Shown: piece after piece, positions 39,141 through 47,549 of the stretch
Layout of the letters: each line of letters opens with the position of its first letter
Numbering within the stretch: the first letter of the stretch is position 1
Assembly: GCA_965213995.1 (NCBI GenBank)
Contig: OZ243929.1
Span: 899,324-963,323, forward strand
DNA: 64,000 nucleotides
Direction: 5' to 3'
DNA from: Gammaproteobacteria bacterium
GTDB taxonomy: Bacteria; Pseudomonadota; Gammaproteobacteria; Steroidobacterales; Foliamicaceae
The notes under the pieces: generated by a model
The model's database searches: none
What the model saw: only the letters and a program-made list of their open reading frames with translations
Told to the model about the DNA's origin: nothing
Made by a program: the position numbers and the translations under genes

Positions 39141-40481
39141 TTAGCCCAGCTTCCGCAGTCGCTCTTCGGTATTTTCCGCCGGACGGAAGATAAATGAGCG
39201 ACCGCGTTTGGTCATTTTCAGCAAACCGAGGTCAGCGAGCTTAAGCAGATCGGTTCGAGCCGTTTGATAGGTTACGTTGTGTGAAGTCCGGTGGCTGCGG
39301 ATCGTATATAGCTGATCGGGCTGCTTTCGCGCGGAAATCAATAGCGCCATCTGTCGGTGGTTAAGAATGGTTGTCAGCGCCGATCCGGCAAGAAGGCGCT
39401 GAACCTCGGAAATTTCTTTTGATTTTCGCGCCAGGTACTTGTGGAGCCGCTCAATCGCGCCAAGAATGACGCGAAGGTTGTAGTCAATGAAATAGGTGGC
39501 GTCATTGTCATCGGTTTCCGAAAAAATATACGACCTCGCGTACTGCGCTGGCGCTTTGCGAATAATGGTCGAGATTGAAAGGCACTCCGCCATCCAGTAC
39601 CCGGCGCGCGCCATGGCCCAGTAGAAAAGAGCGCGAGCGGTCCGCCCGTTGCCGTCAACAAACGGGTGCTCGTAGCCGATCATGAAGTGCAGGAGCACGG
39701 CCTTAATCACAGGATGAATGAACGAGGCGTCGTCCGTATGATTGGCAAAACGGAAAAGGTTATTCAGACGTTCTTCGAGATGGGCGGCATTGGGCGGAAT
39801 ATGCAGCACCTCGTTGTCCCGGCTGTCAATAACAAGCACCTCATCCTCGGCTCGCCTGAACCGGCCCGCAATGCCTGCATCGTTCGTCGTGCCCTCGACG
39901 AGGATGCTCTGCAGCTCCAGCAGCAAGGACATGGACAGATTCTCCCCGCCGAGTTCTCGAAGAAACTCCATGGCGCGGTAATTGTTGGCAATCATCCTTT
40001 CGCTTTTGGTCTGCGGTTCGCGCCCGGTTCGCAGCATCTCCTTGGCGACGCGGCGGGTTGTGGCAGCGCCCTCTAGTTGACTTGAGGTAATCGCTTCTTC
40101 GATCAGCGAGCTCACTAGGTAGCGATTCCGCGATTGCGGATTCACAACGTCAACCGGCAATTCGATACGACCGCTGGCATCGCGATCGATCTGGTGAAGC
40201 ATCCGGTTCAGATACCCTGAGTCGCTGAACGAAAATCGGCATCCGTTCTTGTCAGCAAGCGGAAGCTCGTGTCTTATCGAAGCCCTTGCGAACTTTATTG
40301 CCAGCCACCATTCTTCATTGGATATCCCCTCAGGTGGCTGCATGTGCTTCAGTTTTGACCAATGCGCATATCGGTCATTCGGGATATTCCCCACTCCGGA
40401 TGAGACCAGATTCAGGATTTTCCTTGCCTGCTCATGGGAATCCAAGCCGCTCAGGGAAGGCAGCGGAGAAGGCAGCTTCAT
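39141..40481 (-). CDS. Fic-family protein (AMPylase type) with autoinhibitory helix and C-terminal winged-helix
   Basis: Fic motif HPFVDGNGRTARAL and inhibitory motif SSQLEG. Start placed at ATG 40481; the track start at 40520 is TTG. Confidence 0.88.
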   Translation of the reverse strand: MKLPSPLPSLSGLDSHEQARKILNLVSSGVGNIPNDRYAHWSKLKHMQPPEGISNEEWWLAIKFARASIRHELPLADKNGCRFSFSDSGYLNRMLHQIDRDASGRIELPVDVVNPQSRNRYLVSSLIEEAITSSQLEGAATTRRVAKEMLRTGREPQTKSERMIANNYRAMEFLRELGGENLSMSLLLELQSILVEGTTNDAGIAGRFRRAEDEVLVIDSRDNEVLHIPPNAAHLEERLNNLFRFANHTDDASFIHPVIKAVLLHFMIGYEHPFVDGNGRTARALFYWAMARAGYWMAECLSISTIIRKAPAQYARSYIFSETDDNDATYFIDYNLRVILGAIERLHKYLARKSKEISEVQRLLAGSALTTILNHRQMALLISARKQPDQLYTIRSHRTSHNVTYQTARTDLLKLADLGLLKMTKRGRSFIFRPAENTEERLRKLG

Positions 40482-40525
40482 TGAGAATAAACCTAGACTG
40501 GAAGGCAAGCCAAATATCAATTTTC

Positions 40526-40598
40526 TACTAATTCATATCAAATTAGTAACTCGTGGCGCCCAATGTAAATAAAATACTAATTAATGTCAAATTAGTAT
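40526..40598. promoter_or_regulatory. two operator-like palindromes upstream of Fic gene 1
   Basis: TACTAATT-CATATCA-AATTAGTA (40526-40548) and ATACTAATT-AATGTCA-AATTAGTAT (40574-40598). Both have the same half-site and a 7-nt spacer, in an AT-rich region. Confidence 0.5.
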
Positions 40599-40624
40599 TT
40601 TGATTCAGGCTAGCGCGCTCAGAT

Positions 40625-40663
40625 CAACCCGATCCCAGTCCCGCATGTGTCTGAACCCGCACA
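40625..40663 (+). mobile_element. solo IS terminal inverted repeat (IRL-type)
   Basis: ...CCCAGTCCCGCATGTGTCTGAACCCGCACA. Its last 20 nt are identical to 17101-17120. It is in inverted orientation relative to the IS end at 36742. Confidence 0.55.
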
Positions 40664-40831
40664 TGACTCCACCGGCCGCCAACAATCATGTGATAGTATG
40701 CACACATGATTGCTATCACAAGAGGCGTTGAACATGCTGGCCTTAGGAACTAGCACGGCTTGCCGGAATCGGCGGCTGGGTCGGCCCGTGAAACGCCAAA
40801 CGATAGCAAGACACCACTACTTGGAGGAGTC

Positions 40832-41491
40832 ATGTATATTAAATCCCCCCCCCCCCCTTCAAAAAAACTAGCGCTACTTGCAGCAACCGCACTGCTATCC
40901 GCCACCCAGCTAGCATTAGCAGCACCTGGAGTATCTCTGGGCACAAAGCAAAGCAACATGGGCGGAAGTGAGCTCACCCTTTCATTGACCTGCGGTACGA
41001 AAGGATATCTCGCCACAGGGGTTGGAGAGGACCATGCGACCTATCTGGGGCAGCGACAGCGTAGTGACGGCTCCAACACGACTCCGTTGGAGTCCGGGCT
41101 CGTCAATCTTGCGTCCACGTACTTCTACGTCCGAGGGGTAGGTATCGGAAGAGCATCGGATGACGGTAATTTCTCGCCCCTTCCAGAAAATCATCCCGGG
41201 CGTGCCTGGGGCGCAAAGAGATGGGGAGATTTATGGGGTGCCGTCATGCAGCCTCGTTACGAGGTTGACATTGAGTTGACCGCGACTCCACAGCCGGACC
41301 CTCCGGTGTATTTCGTAACTAACAACACTAGCGGTATTCCAGTCGAGAGCAAGACTGTGATCGTTCAGCGCAGGTATGACACCCCATACGCAGAGCAAAA
41401 CGTGAGCTTGGTGCGTTACTGCGATCTCAATTCCAAAGAAACGATCAGTGTCACCATCAATGGAAGGATCACAGGCAAAAGGCCATTGTGA
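40832..41491 (+). CDS. secreted hypothetical protein with a C13 tract in its signal-peptide codons
   Basis: GGAGGA 4 nt upstream of ATG 40832. MYIKSPPPPSKKLALLAATALLSATQLALA|APG looks like a Sec signal peptide. The mature part has no recognised domain. Confidence 0.6.
   Translation: MYIKSPPPPSKKLALLAATALLSATQLALAAPGVSLGTKQSNMGGSELTLSLTCGTKGYLATGVGEDHATYLGQRQRSDGSNTTPLESGLVNLASTYFYVRGVGIGRASDDGNFSPLPENHPGRAWGAKRWGDLWGAVMQPRYEVDIELTATPQPDPPVYFVTNNTSGIPVESKTVIVQRRYDTPYAEQNVSLVRYCDLNSKETISVTINGRITGKRPL
40845..40857 (+). repeat. homopolymeric C13 tract followed by TTC and A7
   Basis: Counted directly: 6 C at 40845-40850 plus 7 C at 40851-40857. A7 at 40861-40867. Confidence 0.95.
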
Positions 41492-41749
41492 TCCTTGAGA
41501 CGACCGACGGAAGCATGGTGGAGTCATGATCCGTTGCCCTCCTCACCATCCCTGCACTCGCGACGGCGGAGCTATGCGACGACCACTGGTACGACAACCT
41601 CCATCGAAAAATCGAACCCGATAACTAACTCTACGCGGGGATTACCGGAGCAAGGCCTTGGGCCTGTACTCCGACACCATCATGCGCCCGGCTGCGGAAA
41701 TCGAAAAGCATCTGGCGCGGCGGAAGGCGGCGCAGGAAGCGGAAAGCCG

Positions 41750-42679
41750 TTAGGCGCGCTGATCCGACCAGGCGGCCACGATTTCGGCGGCCGGGGCCGA
41801 CCAGATGCCGGCCTGCTCCGAAATATGCTTCAAAGCCGATTCCAAGGCGGCGATGCGATGCGGCTGGCCCATGAGCCAGGGATGGATGGACAGGGCCAGC
41901 AGCCGCCCGTGCCCGGTGGCCTCGGCCTCCGCCAAAAGGTAATCGCAGGCATCCTTCACTTGCTCGGCGTACTCCCATTCCGAGTGCAGATTGCTCTGGA
42001 TAATGAACTGGTCGTCGAGTTCCAGCGATAGAGGCAGCGCAACCAACTCGCCGTGCCGGATGGCGAACGGATAGGGCATATCGTCGTTGATCCAGTCGCC
42101 CATATAGCGCAGTCCGGCCTCGGCGAGCAGATCCGGCGTGTTGTGGCTTTGCGACCGCGCCGGGCTTAGCCAGCCCGTAACGGGTTGATCCACGGCCGCG
42201 CGCAGGGCGCTGAGCGAACGGTCGATCAACTCGCGCTCGTCTTCAATAGCCAGCTCGCCGTGATGCAGGGTGTCCATGTGCCAGGAACTCGCCAGAATCT
42301 CGTTGCCGCGCCGGTTCAGGCGCTCTAGCAACTGCGGGCAACGCTCGGCGATGGCCGCGTTCACGGAAAAAGTAGGCGTGAAGCCCGCATGGTCCAGCGC
42401 TTCGAGGCAGCGGAACAGGCCCACCCGGTTGCCGTAATCGCGCAGCGTGTAGTGGCGCAGGTCCGGGTACGGGGTGCTCATGCCGCCCGGCGGGGGAAAC
42501 GGCTTGCCGCGCTGGTTCAGCGGGAAGAACTGCACCGCCAAGTTGATCCAAAGCGCCAGCCGGGCGCCGTTGGGCCATGCGACCGGAGCGCGGCGCGACA
42601 GCATCGACCACTCGTAGCGGTTGTGGTCCATGCCGTAGCGGCGGCGCTCGTATTTCAGGTAGGCCGGGTCAAGCGCCAT
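41750..42679 (-). CDS. polysaccharide deacetylase-family hydrolase (PuuE/allantoinase-like), paralog 1
   Basis: ORF 41750..42757 trimmed to Met MALDPAYLKYERRRYGMDHNRY. Motifs RDYGNRVG and WHMD... are typical of the divergent NodB-fold family. Confidence 0.75.
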   Translation of the reverse strand: MALDPAYLKYERRRYGMDHNRYEWSMLSRRAPVAWPNGARLALWINLAVQFFPLNQRGKPFPPPGGMSTPYPDLRHYTLRDYGNRVGLFRCLEALDHAGFTPTFSVNAAIAERCPQLLERLNRRGNEILASSWHMDTLHHGELAIEDERELIDRSLSALRAAVDQPVTGWLSPARSQSHNTPDLLAEAGLRYMGDWINDDMPYPFAIRHGELVALPLSLELDDQFIIQSNLHSEWEYAEQVKDACDYLLAEAEATGHGRLLALSIHPWLMGQPHRIAALESALKHISEQAGIWSAPAAEIVAAWSDQRA

Positions 42680-43616
42680 TGCCGCTGGCCTCCGAATCCT
42701 CCCTGCCCCGCTGCGCCGCGGCTTGGTCGTAATAGTGCTCCACGAAGTGCTCGGCAATTTCCCGGGCCGTGGCCACCCACACGTCCGGATGCCCGGTGAT
42801 ATAGGCCAGCGCGTCCTCGAACGCGCGCAGCCGGTGCGGATGCGCCACCTGGTAGGCGTGCAGCGGCACGCACATCACCGTGCCGCCCCGCTCGCCTTCC
42901 CGGCGGAGCCGGTCGAAGGCCTGCTTGATCATGGCACCGTAACGCCTAGGCTCGATGCGGTTGACCACATAGACGATGGTGTCGTTGAGTTCCAGCGAGT
43001 AGGGCACGGAAACGAACGGCTTGCCGGAGCGCACCCGCACCGGCGTGGGCTGGTCGTCGTGGAAAAGATCGCAGGTGTAAAGCCCGCCGGCCTCGCTGAA
43101 CAGGTCGAGCGTGCGCTCGGTATGGGTGAGGGCCGGGGCCAGATAGCCGGAGCACTGCTGCCCCGTGTGCTTGGCGATGGCGCGCACCGAATCCTCAATC
43201 ATGGATCGCTCCTGAGCCTCGTCCATGCCGTACACGTAGCGCGTGTTGTAGATGCCGTGGCTGAAGAATTCCCAATTGCGCTCGCGGCACATGTCGATGA
43301 TCTCGGGATGGTGCTCGCACAACGCCACCGACAGGCTCACCGAGCCGCGCACGCCGTGGCGGTCGAGCACCTCCATCATGCGCGCATGGCCCACCCGGTT
43401 GCCGTAGTCGCGCGTTCCGTAGCCCTGGATATCGGGCGCCGGGCGCGGCCAGGCCTTGCGCTGCGGATTAGGCGGCGGATCCAGTTCGTAGAACTCGATA
43501 TTGGGCGCCACCCAGAAGGCGACCCTGGCGCCGCCCGGCCAGCGGATCGGCAGGCGCTCGTCCCAAGCGCGGTAGTCGTAAAGGGCCGGATCCTCGCGCA
43601 CTGGAAATACCCGCAA
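42669..43616 (-). CDS. polysaccharide deacetylase-family hydrolase, paralog 2
   Basis: Shares RDYGNRVG, HGV..S.S..A and PWL/HPHR-type blocks with paralog 1. The track start is TTG, so the start is uncertain. Confidence 0.75.
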   Translation of the reverse strand: MRVFPVREDPALYDYRAWDERLPIRWPGGARVAFWVAPNIEFYELDPPPNPQRKAWPRPAPDIQGYGTRDYGNRVGHARMMEVLDRHGVRGSVSLSVALCEHHPEIIDMCRERNWEFFSHGIYNTRYVYGMDEAQERSMIEDSVRAIAKHTGQQCSGYLAPALTHTERTLDLFSEAGGLYTCDLFHDDQPTPVRVRSGKPFVSVPYSLELNDTIVYVVNRIEPRRYGAMIKQAFDRLRREGERGGTVMCVPLHAYQVAHPHRLRAFEDALAYITGHPDVWVATAREIAEHFVEHYYDQAAAQRGREDSEASGNGA

Positions 43617-43623
43617 ACCGCCC

Positions 43624-44337
43624 CTAGAAGCCCGCGCCGCGCGCCTGACGGATCGGCTCGCAGCCGGGATGGCTCTTAAGCCAGCTTTCCACTGCGGCGA
43701 AAGGCTCCACGTCCGCGTACTTGAGCATGATGTCGCAAAGGTTGGCGAAATGCGGAATCTCGTGCTTGTCGGCCACGCACTCCTCCGGCACGACGGTCCG
43801 ATAGCCGTGCGAAAGCGAGGCGACCGCCGAGGCGCGCACGCAGCCGGACGTGCTGCCGCCGGTAAGGATCACCGTATCGACCTTGTGCCAAACCAAAAGC
43901 GAGGGAATCAGGCTGTCGTGGAAAACGCTCGCCATGCGCTTGTTGACCACGGCATCGCGGTCGCGATCGACCTCAAGGCGCGGGTCGAGCTCCGCCCGGG
44001 CGCCGCCCTCCTTGATATTCTGGAGCGAATGCTCGGTATTGGTGCGCGTGCCCCAAACGCCGGCATCATCGGCGTTGCCCATGTAGGCCACGTAGGTCCA
44101 GATCACCGGCATGTTCCGGCCGCGCGCCAGCGCCGACAGACGGTTGATATAGTCGATCTGGCCGGGGTCCGTCTGGTAGGCCGTGGGAAAGCGGTCGATA
44201 TCCGTATAGGCGCGCTGCAAATCGATATTGATCAGCGCCGCTTTTTCGCCGAAGCCGAAACGCGCCCGGTTAGGGTTGGACTTGACCTCTTCCCAATACT
44301 GGCGCGGCGTCAGATTGGAGGTTTGCATCTTTGGCAT
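43624..44337 (-). CDS. isochorismatase-family cysteine hydrolase
   Basis: ALINIDLQRAY (Asp), VNKRMASVF (Lys), and TVILTGGSTSGCVRASA (catalytic Cys). Confidence 0.8.
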   Translation of the reverse strand: MPKMQTSNLTPRQYWEEVKSNPNRARFGFGEKAALINIDLQRAYTDIDRFPTAYQTDPGQIDYINRLSALARGRNMPVIWTYVAYMGNADDAGVWGTRTNTEHSLQNIKEGGARAELDPRLEVDRDRDAVVNKRMASVFHDSLIPSLLVWHKVDTVILTGGSTSGCVRASAVASLSHGYRTVVPEECVADKHEIPHFANLCDIMLKYADVEPFAAVESWLKSHPGCEPIRQARGAGF

Positions 44338-44432
44338 CGGCGCACCCGGGCAATGGCATGACGGTCGATAAAGCCCATGTTAATCCATCAACGGCTTGAA
44401 GCCGGCCTCGTCGTTGCCGAACCCGCCGGCAA

Positions 44433-45524
44433 TCAGGGGCCCTCGGACAGGAGCGCCAGCAGCGGCGGGTTGATGTAAAGGTTTTCGCGGCCCGCCTTCA
44501 TCTTCTCCAGAATGGCCTCGTCCGCCAAAGTGTTCAGATAGACGGCGGCCGTCTGGCGCTGTCCTATGCCCGCCCTGACCACATCGTTCACCCGGCAGTA
44601 GGGATTCACGAAGATCAGTTCCACCAGTTCCCGGGAGTAGATTTTCGGCAACTTCCACCGGATTGCGGAGGTTGTCTCGTCGAGAAGCCTGCGGATTGCG
44701 CGGATTTTCTCCGTGGTCCATTCAGCTGTCGTCCTGACGGCTTCCAGCATGAAAAGGATCCATGCCTCCCAATCCTGTCCGGTCGTCACCGCGAGCAGGT
44801 GCCGATAGTAGAGCGCCTTGTTCCTGATGATGTATCGGCTGAGATAGAGAACAGGAATATCAAGCAGATTCTTGTCCACAAGAAAAAGCAGGTTCAACAC
44901 CCGCCCGGTTCGACCATTGCCGTCCGCAAACGGGTGGATCGCCTCGAACTGATAATGCATGACCGCGAGCCGGATCAAGGGATCGATCTCTTCGGCCCCG
45001 TGGATATAGCGTTCCCAATTGGCCAGTTTCGTCCGAATCAAGTCCTCTCCCGCAGGCGGCGTGTAAATCAACTTTTGGGTCGCGTCATTGATCAGGGCCG
45101 TTCCAAGGACTTTGCGAATATCGAGATCGATGCCCTTGATGATTCTGCACACCTCAACGGCCATGGCGGTCGCAGCCGGCCGGTTATTCAGCATCTCGAA
45201 GCCCCTGTGGAGGGCGGTGCGGTAGCGCAGGGCCTCCTTAGTGGCGGGATCCGCCCGGCCTGTCGCATCGTTGGCATGGCGGAACAGCCGGTCAGCCGTC
45301 GTGACGATGTTTTCGATCTCGGAACTCGCTTGGGCTTCAAGCAGCGGGATCGAGTTGATCAGCACGGACTGGTTCGGAATGAGCTTCCCGGAAGCCCGCA
45401 GTTCCGCCAGCGCCGCGCGTGCCGCGATGCAACTGCGGAGAATCGTCTTTGTCTCGGTTTCCGCGGCGGGCGGCAGGTCCGGCAATTCGTTGTATGGACG
45501 CGCAGGGTCGAATGACTGGGGCAT
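44433..45524 (-). CDS. Fic-family protein with Fic_N domain
   Basis: ORF 44433..45596 trimmed to ATG 45524 (MPQSFDPARPYNELPDLPP). Inhibitory motif SSEIEN and Fic motif HPFADGNGRTGRVL. Confidence 0.9.
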   Translation of the reverse strand: MPQSFDPARPYNELPDLPPAAETETKTILRSCIAARAALAELRASGKLIPNQSVLINSIPLLEAQASSEIENIVTTADRLFRHANDATGRADPATKEALRYRTALHRGFEMLNNRPAATAMAVEVCRIIKGIDLDIRKVLGTALINDATQKLIYTPPAGEDLIRTKLANWERYIHGAEEIDPLIRLAVMHYQFEAIHPFADGNGRTGRVLNLLFLVDKNLLDIPVLYLSRYIIRNKALYYRHLLAVTTGQDWEAWILFMLEAVRTTAEWTTEKIRAIRRLLDETTSAIRWKLPKIYSRELVELIFVNPYCRVNDVVRAGIGQRQTAAVYLNTLADEAILEKMKAGRENLYINPPLLALLSEGP

Positions 45525-45562
45525 GTTGTCCTGTATCCCGCTGATGCGGATGGGTCCGCGGA

Positions 45563-45623
45563 ACATGTCGATTTTATCGACATGTCGCTGAAACATGTCG
45601 ATAAAATTGAATTATATCGACAT
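45563..45623. promoter_or_regulatory. two operator-like palindromes upstream of Fic gene 2
   Basis: ACATGTCGAT-TTT-ATCGACATGT (45563-45585, perfect 10-bp arms) and ATGTCGATA-N11-TATCGACAT (45595-45623). Confidence 0.5.
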
Positions 45624-45643
45624 ATCCTAACGCAGCAAGCAGT

Positions 45644-46015
45644 TGTGCGGGTTCACCACATATGGGACTTTTCGAGTTCAGCCGTCCTATGTTTGCGAAG
45701 GTATTCCATCCCTGTCCGGCATCTGGCGGACCACCCGCGAAGCCATCGCCAAGCACTACCTCAACCACCACGCCGCAAAGCGAATAGCCGTTCCGCGCTT
45801 TGCCCAAAGCCGTGCCGTCAGGATGAAGTCTTTCGTCCGACAACCAGCGCTTCTGTCATCCTGTTCCTTAGATTCTCCGCCGCGCCCAAATGGTAGAAAT
45901 GCGAGAAGGTTCTAATCTCATATTCCCGGAAGGATTGATGCAGCCGCTCATTTTTCCTGTACTTGTTTTCAGACCACATCGAATCGCCCGTTCCTCCATG
46001 AAGTGCAACCCTAAG
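45644..46015 (-). mobile_element. second, more degenerate IS remnant of the same family (right IR plus decayed transposase 3' end)
   Basis: IR TGTGCGGGTTCACCACATATGGGAC... at 45644. Minus-strand fragments read SENKYRKNERLHQSFREYE (compare P.TNGKVERF..TLK.E) and MEYLRKHRTAELEKSHMW* (compare MEYFRKQRTTEPRQSHMS* in remnant 1). Confidence 0.55.
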
Positions 46016-46018
46016 GCA

Positions 46019-46657
46019 TTAGGAGAAACTGAAATCTTCGAAGCGCTGTTTCAAAGCTTGTTTGTTAGGCTTTCGCGCCCTGTTTTTCGGCTCACGTAGA
46101 GGTCGGCCGTGATACTTCCCGTAGCCGCTATTGCGGAGTTCCGCTTTGACCACAACCTTGAAGCTGCCCGGATCGATAGTTATTAGGCCGCAGTCGAACA
46201 GCGTGTGAATATCGGCGCGGAGCAGGAGCCCGTTGCTTACGCAGCTCGTGCCTTTATCTGCGTACGGGTGAATATGCGCCGCCTCCAATACATCCTGAAC
46301 CGCGCATTTAGTGATCGCACACTTGTGTTCATAGGCTTCAAGCAATCCTTGCCGAAATGCACTTTGTCCGCGGCGTTGCAGGATCAATGTATTGATCCGT
46401 TCCCATGCCCCCTCGATCGTTTCCAGGTTGCCTGCGTCATCGTCCGCAGCGTCCGGTGAAAGCGGTGACAGACCGCCGAGTGGGCCAAGCACCTCCTGCA
46501 GTTTCTTGCGATTCTCCTCCTTCGGACGGCGAGTCCCACGCTCCCAATGAGAAATCATTCCCGTAGACACGCCAATTTTCTCTGCGAGCTTGGCTTGCGT
46601 AAGACCAATTTCGAGACGACGGCGCTGCATGCTTTTGCCAAGACTGTTATCACTCAT
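46019..46657 (-). CDS. XRE-type HTH fused to HNH_2 endonuclease domain
   Basis: AAGGAG RBS, ATG start. HTH: LTQAKLAEKIGVSTGMISHWERGTRRP. HNH: CAITKCAVQDVLEAAHIHPYADKGTSCVSNGLLLRADIHTLFDCGLITID. Confidence 0.8.
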   Translation of the reverse strand: MSDNSLGKSMQRRRLEIGLTQAKLAEKIGVSTGMISHWERGTRRPKEENRKKLQEVLGPLGGLSPLSPDAADDDAGNLETIEGAWERINTLILQRRGQSAFRQGLLEAYEHKCAITKCAVQDVLEAAHIHPYADKGTSCVSNGLLLRADIHTLFDCGLITIDPGSFKVVVKAELRNSGYGKYHGRPLREPKNRARKPNKQALKQRFEDFSFS

Positions 46658-46739
46658 TGCTGATTTCTCCTTGGATGGCAGATTGAGGTTATCTTGCCCG
46701 TTTGTTGATTGTTCTTAATTGGCGCTACCCCGCCTTCTG

Positions 46740-47549
46740 CTAGCGTGACAGAGCCTTGCTGATTTGCTGGCAGAATTTCTTTCTTTCAGGGGCTTCTGTG
46801 TAGAGCACAGCCTGCTGCAGGTTTGAATGGCTCGTGCCTTCAACCTCGGAGAGCGCGAACCTCTTGCCGCCCGGATTTTCTGGATCGTCCTCGTAAGAGT
46901 AGGACATGAAGATGATGTTGACGGTGCTGTCCCGCACGTCCCGCGTCCGCATGAATTCCGCCTTGGCCCGCACGTATTCGTACAAGACATCCTGCATCAC
47001 CGCGACAATCTTCGTGCCCCAATGATGATGAAAATATCCCTTTCGTATGAGCTGCGTGATGTAGCGCTTATAGACATTGTCGAAGTTAAGCCCGTAGCTT
47101 TTCTTCGTCTCCATCTGCCGCACTTCGCGCATGGCCGAGTAGGCATCCCCCACCGTTCCAGTGATATCAATGGCTTGCAGTTCAACCGATAAGAACTGGC
47201 CTATGCCGCCCTCTTCATCGACATCGGCCACAACGAAATCCACGTTGCCAAAGCCCGTCATCTTTACTTCGCGGGCCACCTTGGGATTCACAGGCGGGTT
47301 TCCGGGCCAGCAATGCTTGACAACATCGCTCAAGAAATCGACTTGATTGAAGCGTTTGGGACACACGCATACCTGCCTGCCCAATTTCCAAATTGAGCAG
47401 ACCGGATAAGGCTCCTTGAGGGAAGTGCTGCGCTTGACGCACTGCGTTCCCAGGAACGGGCACGTGAACGAATGGGCGGACGGATCGAGTCCTGGCTCTG
47501 CGGGCCGACCCAAGACCTCGCAAATGTATTCTCTCGGATCAGACGGCAA
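46740..47549 (-). CDS. type II restriction endonuclease, NotI-like fold
   Basis: The N-terminal Cys cluster FTCPFLGTQCVKRS..PYPVCSIW..VCVCPKRF resembles the NotI Fe-Cys4 motif (CPFL..C..VC..VCP.R). Later blocks LSVELQAIDITG and GLNFDNVYKRYITQL parallel NotI. Overlaps the Dcm gene by 11 nt. The start is TTG and uncertain. Family assignment is from memory, not from a search. Confidence 0.6.
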   Translation of the reverse strand: MPSDPREYICEVLGRPAEPGLDPSAHSFTCPFLGTQCVKRSTSLKEPYPVCSIWKLGRQVCVCPKRFNQVDFLSDVVKHCWPGNPPVNPKVAREVKMTGFGNVDFVVADVDEEGGIGQFLSVELQAIDITGTVGDAYSAMREVRQMETKKSYGLNFDNVYKRYITQLIRKGYFHHHWGTKIVAVMQDVLYEYVRAKAEFMRTRDVRDSTVNIIFMSYSYEDDPENPGGKRFALSEVEGTSHSNLQQAVLYTEAPERKKFCQQISKALSR

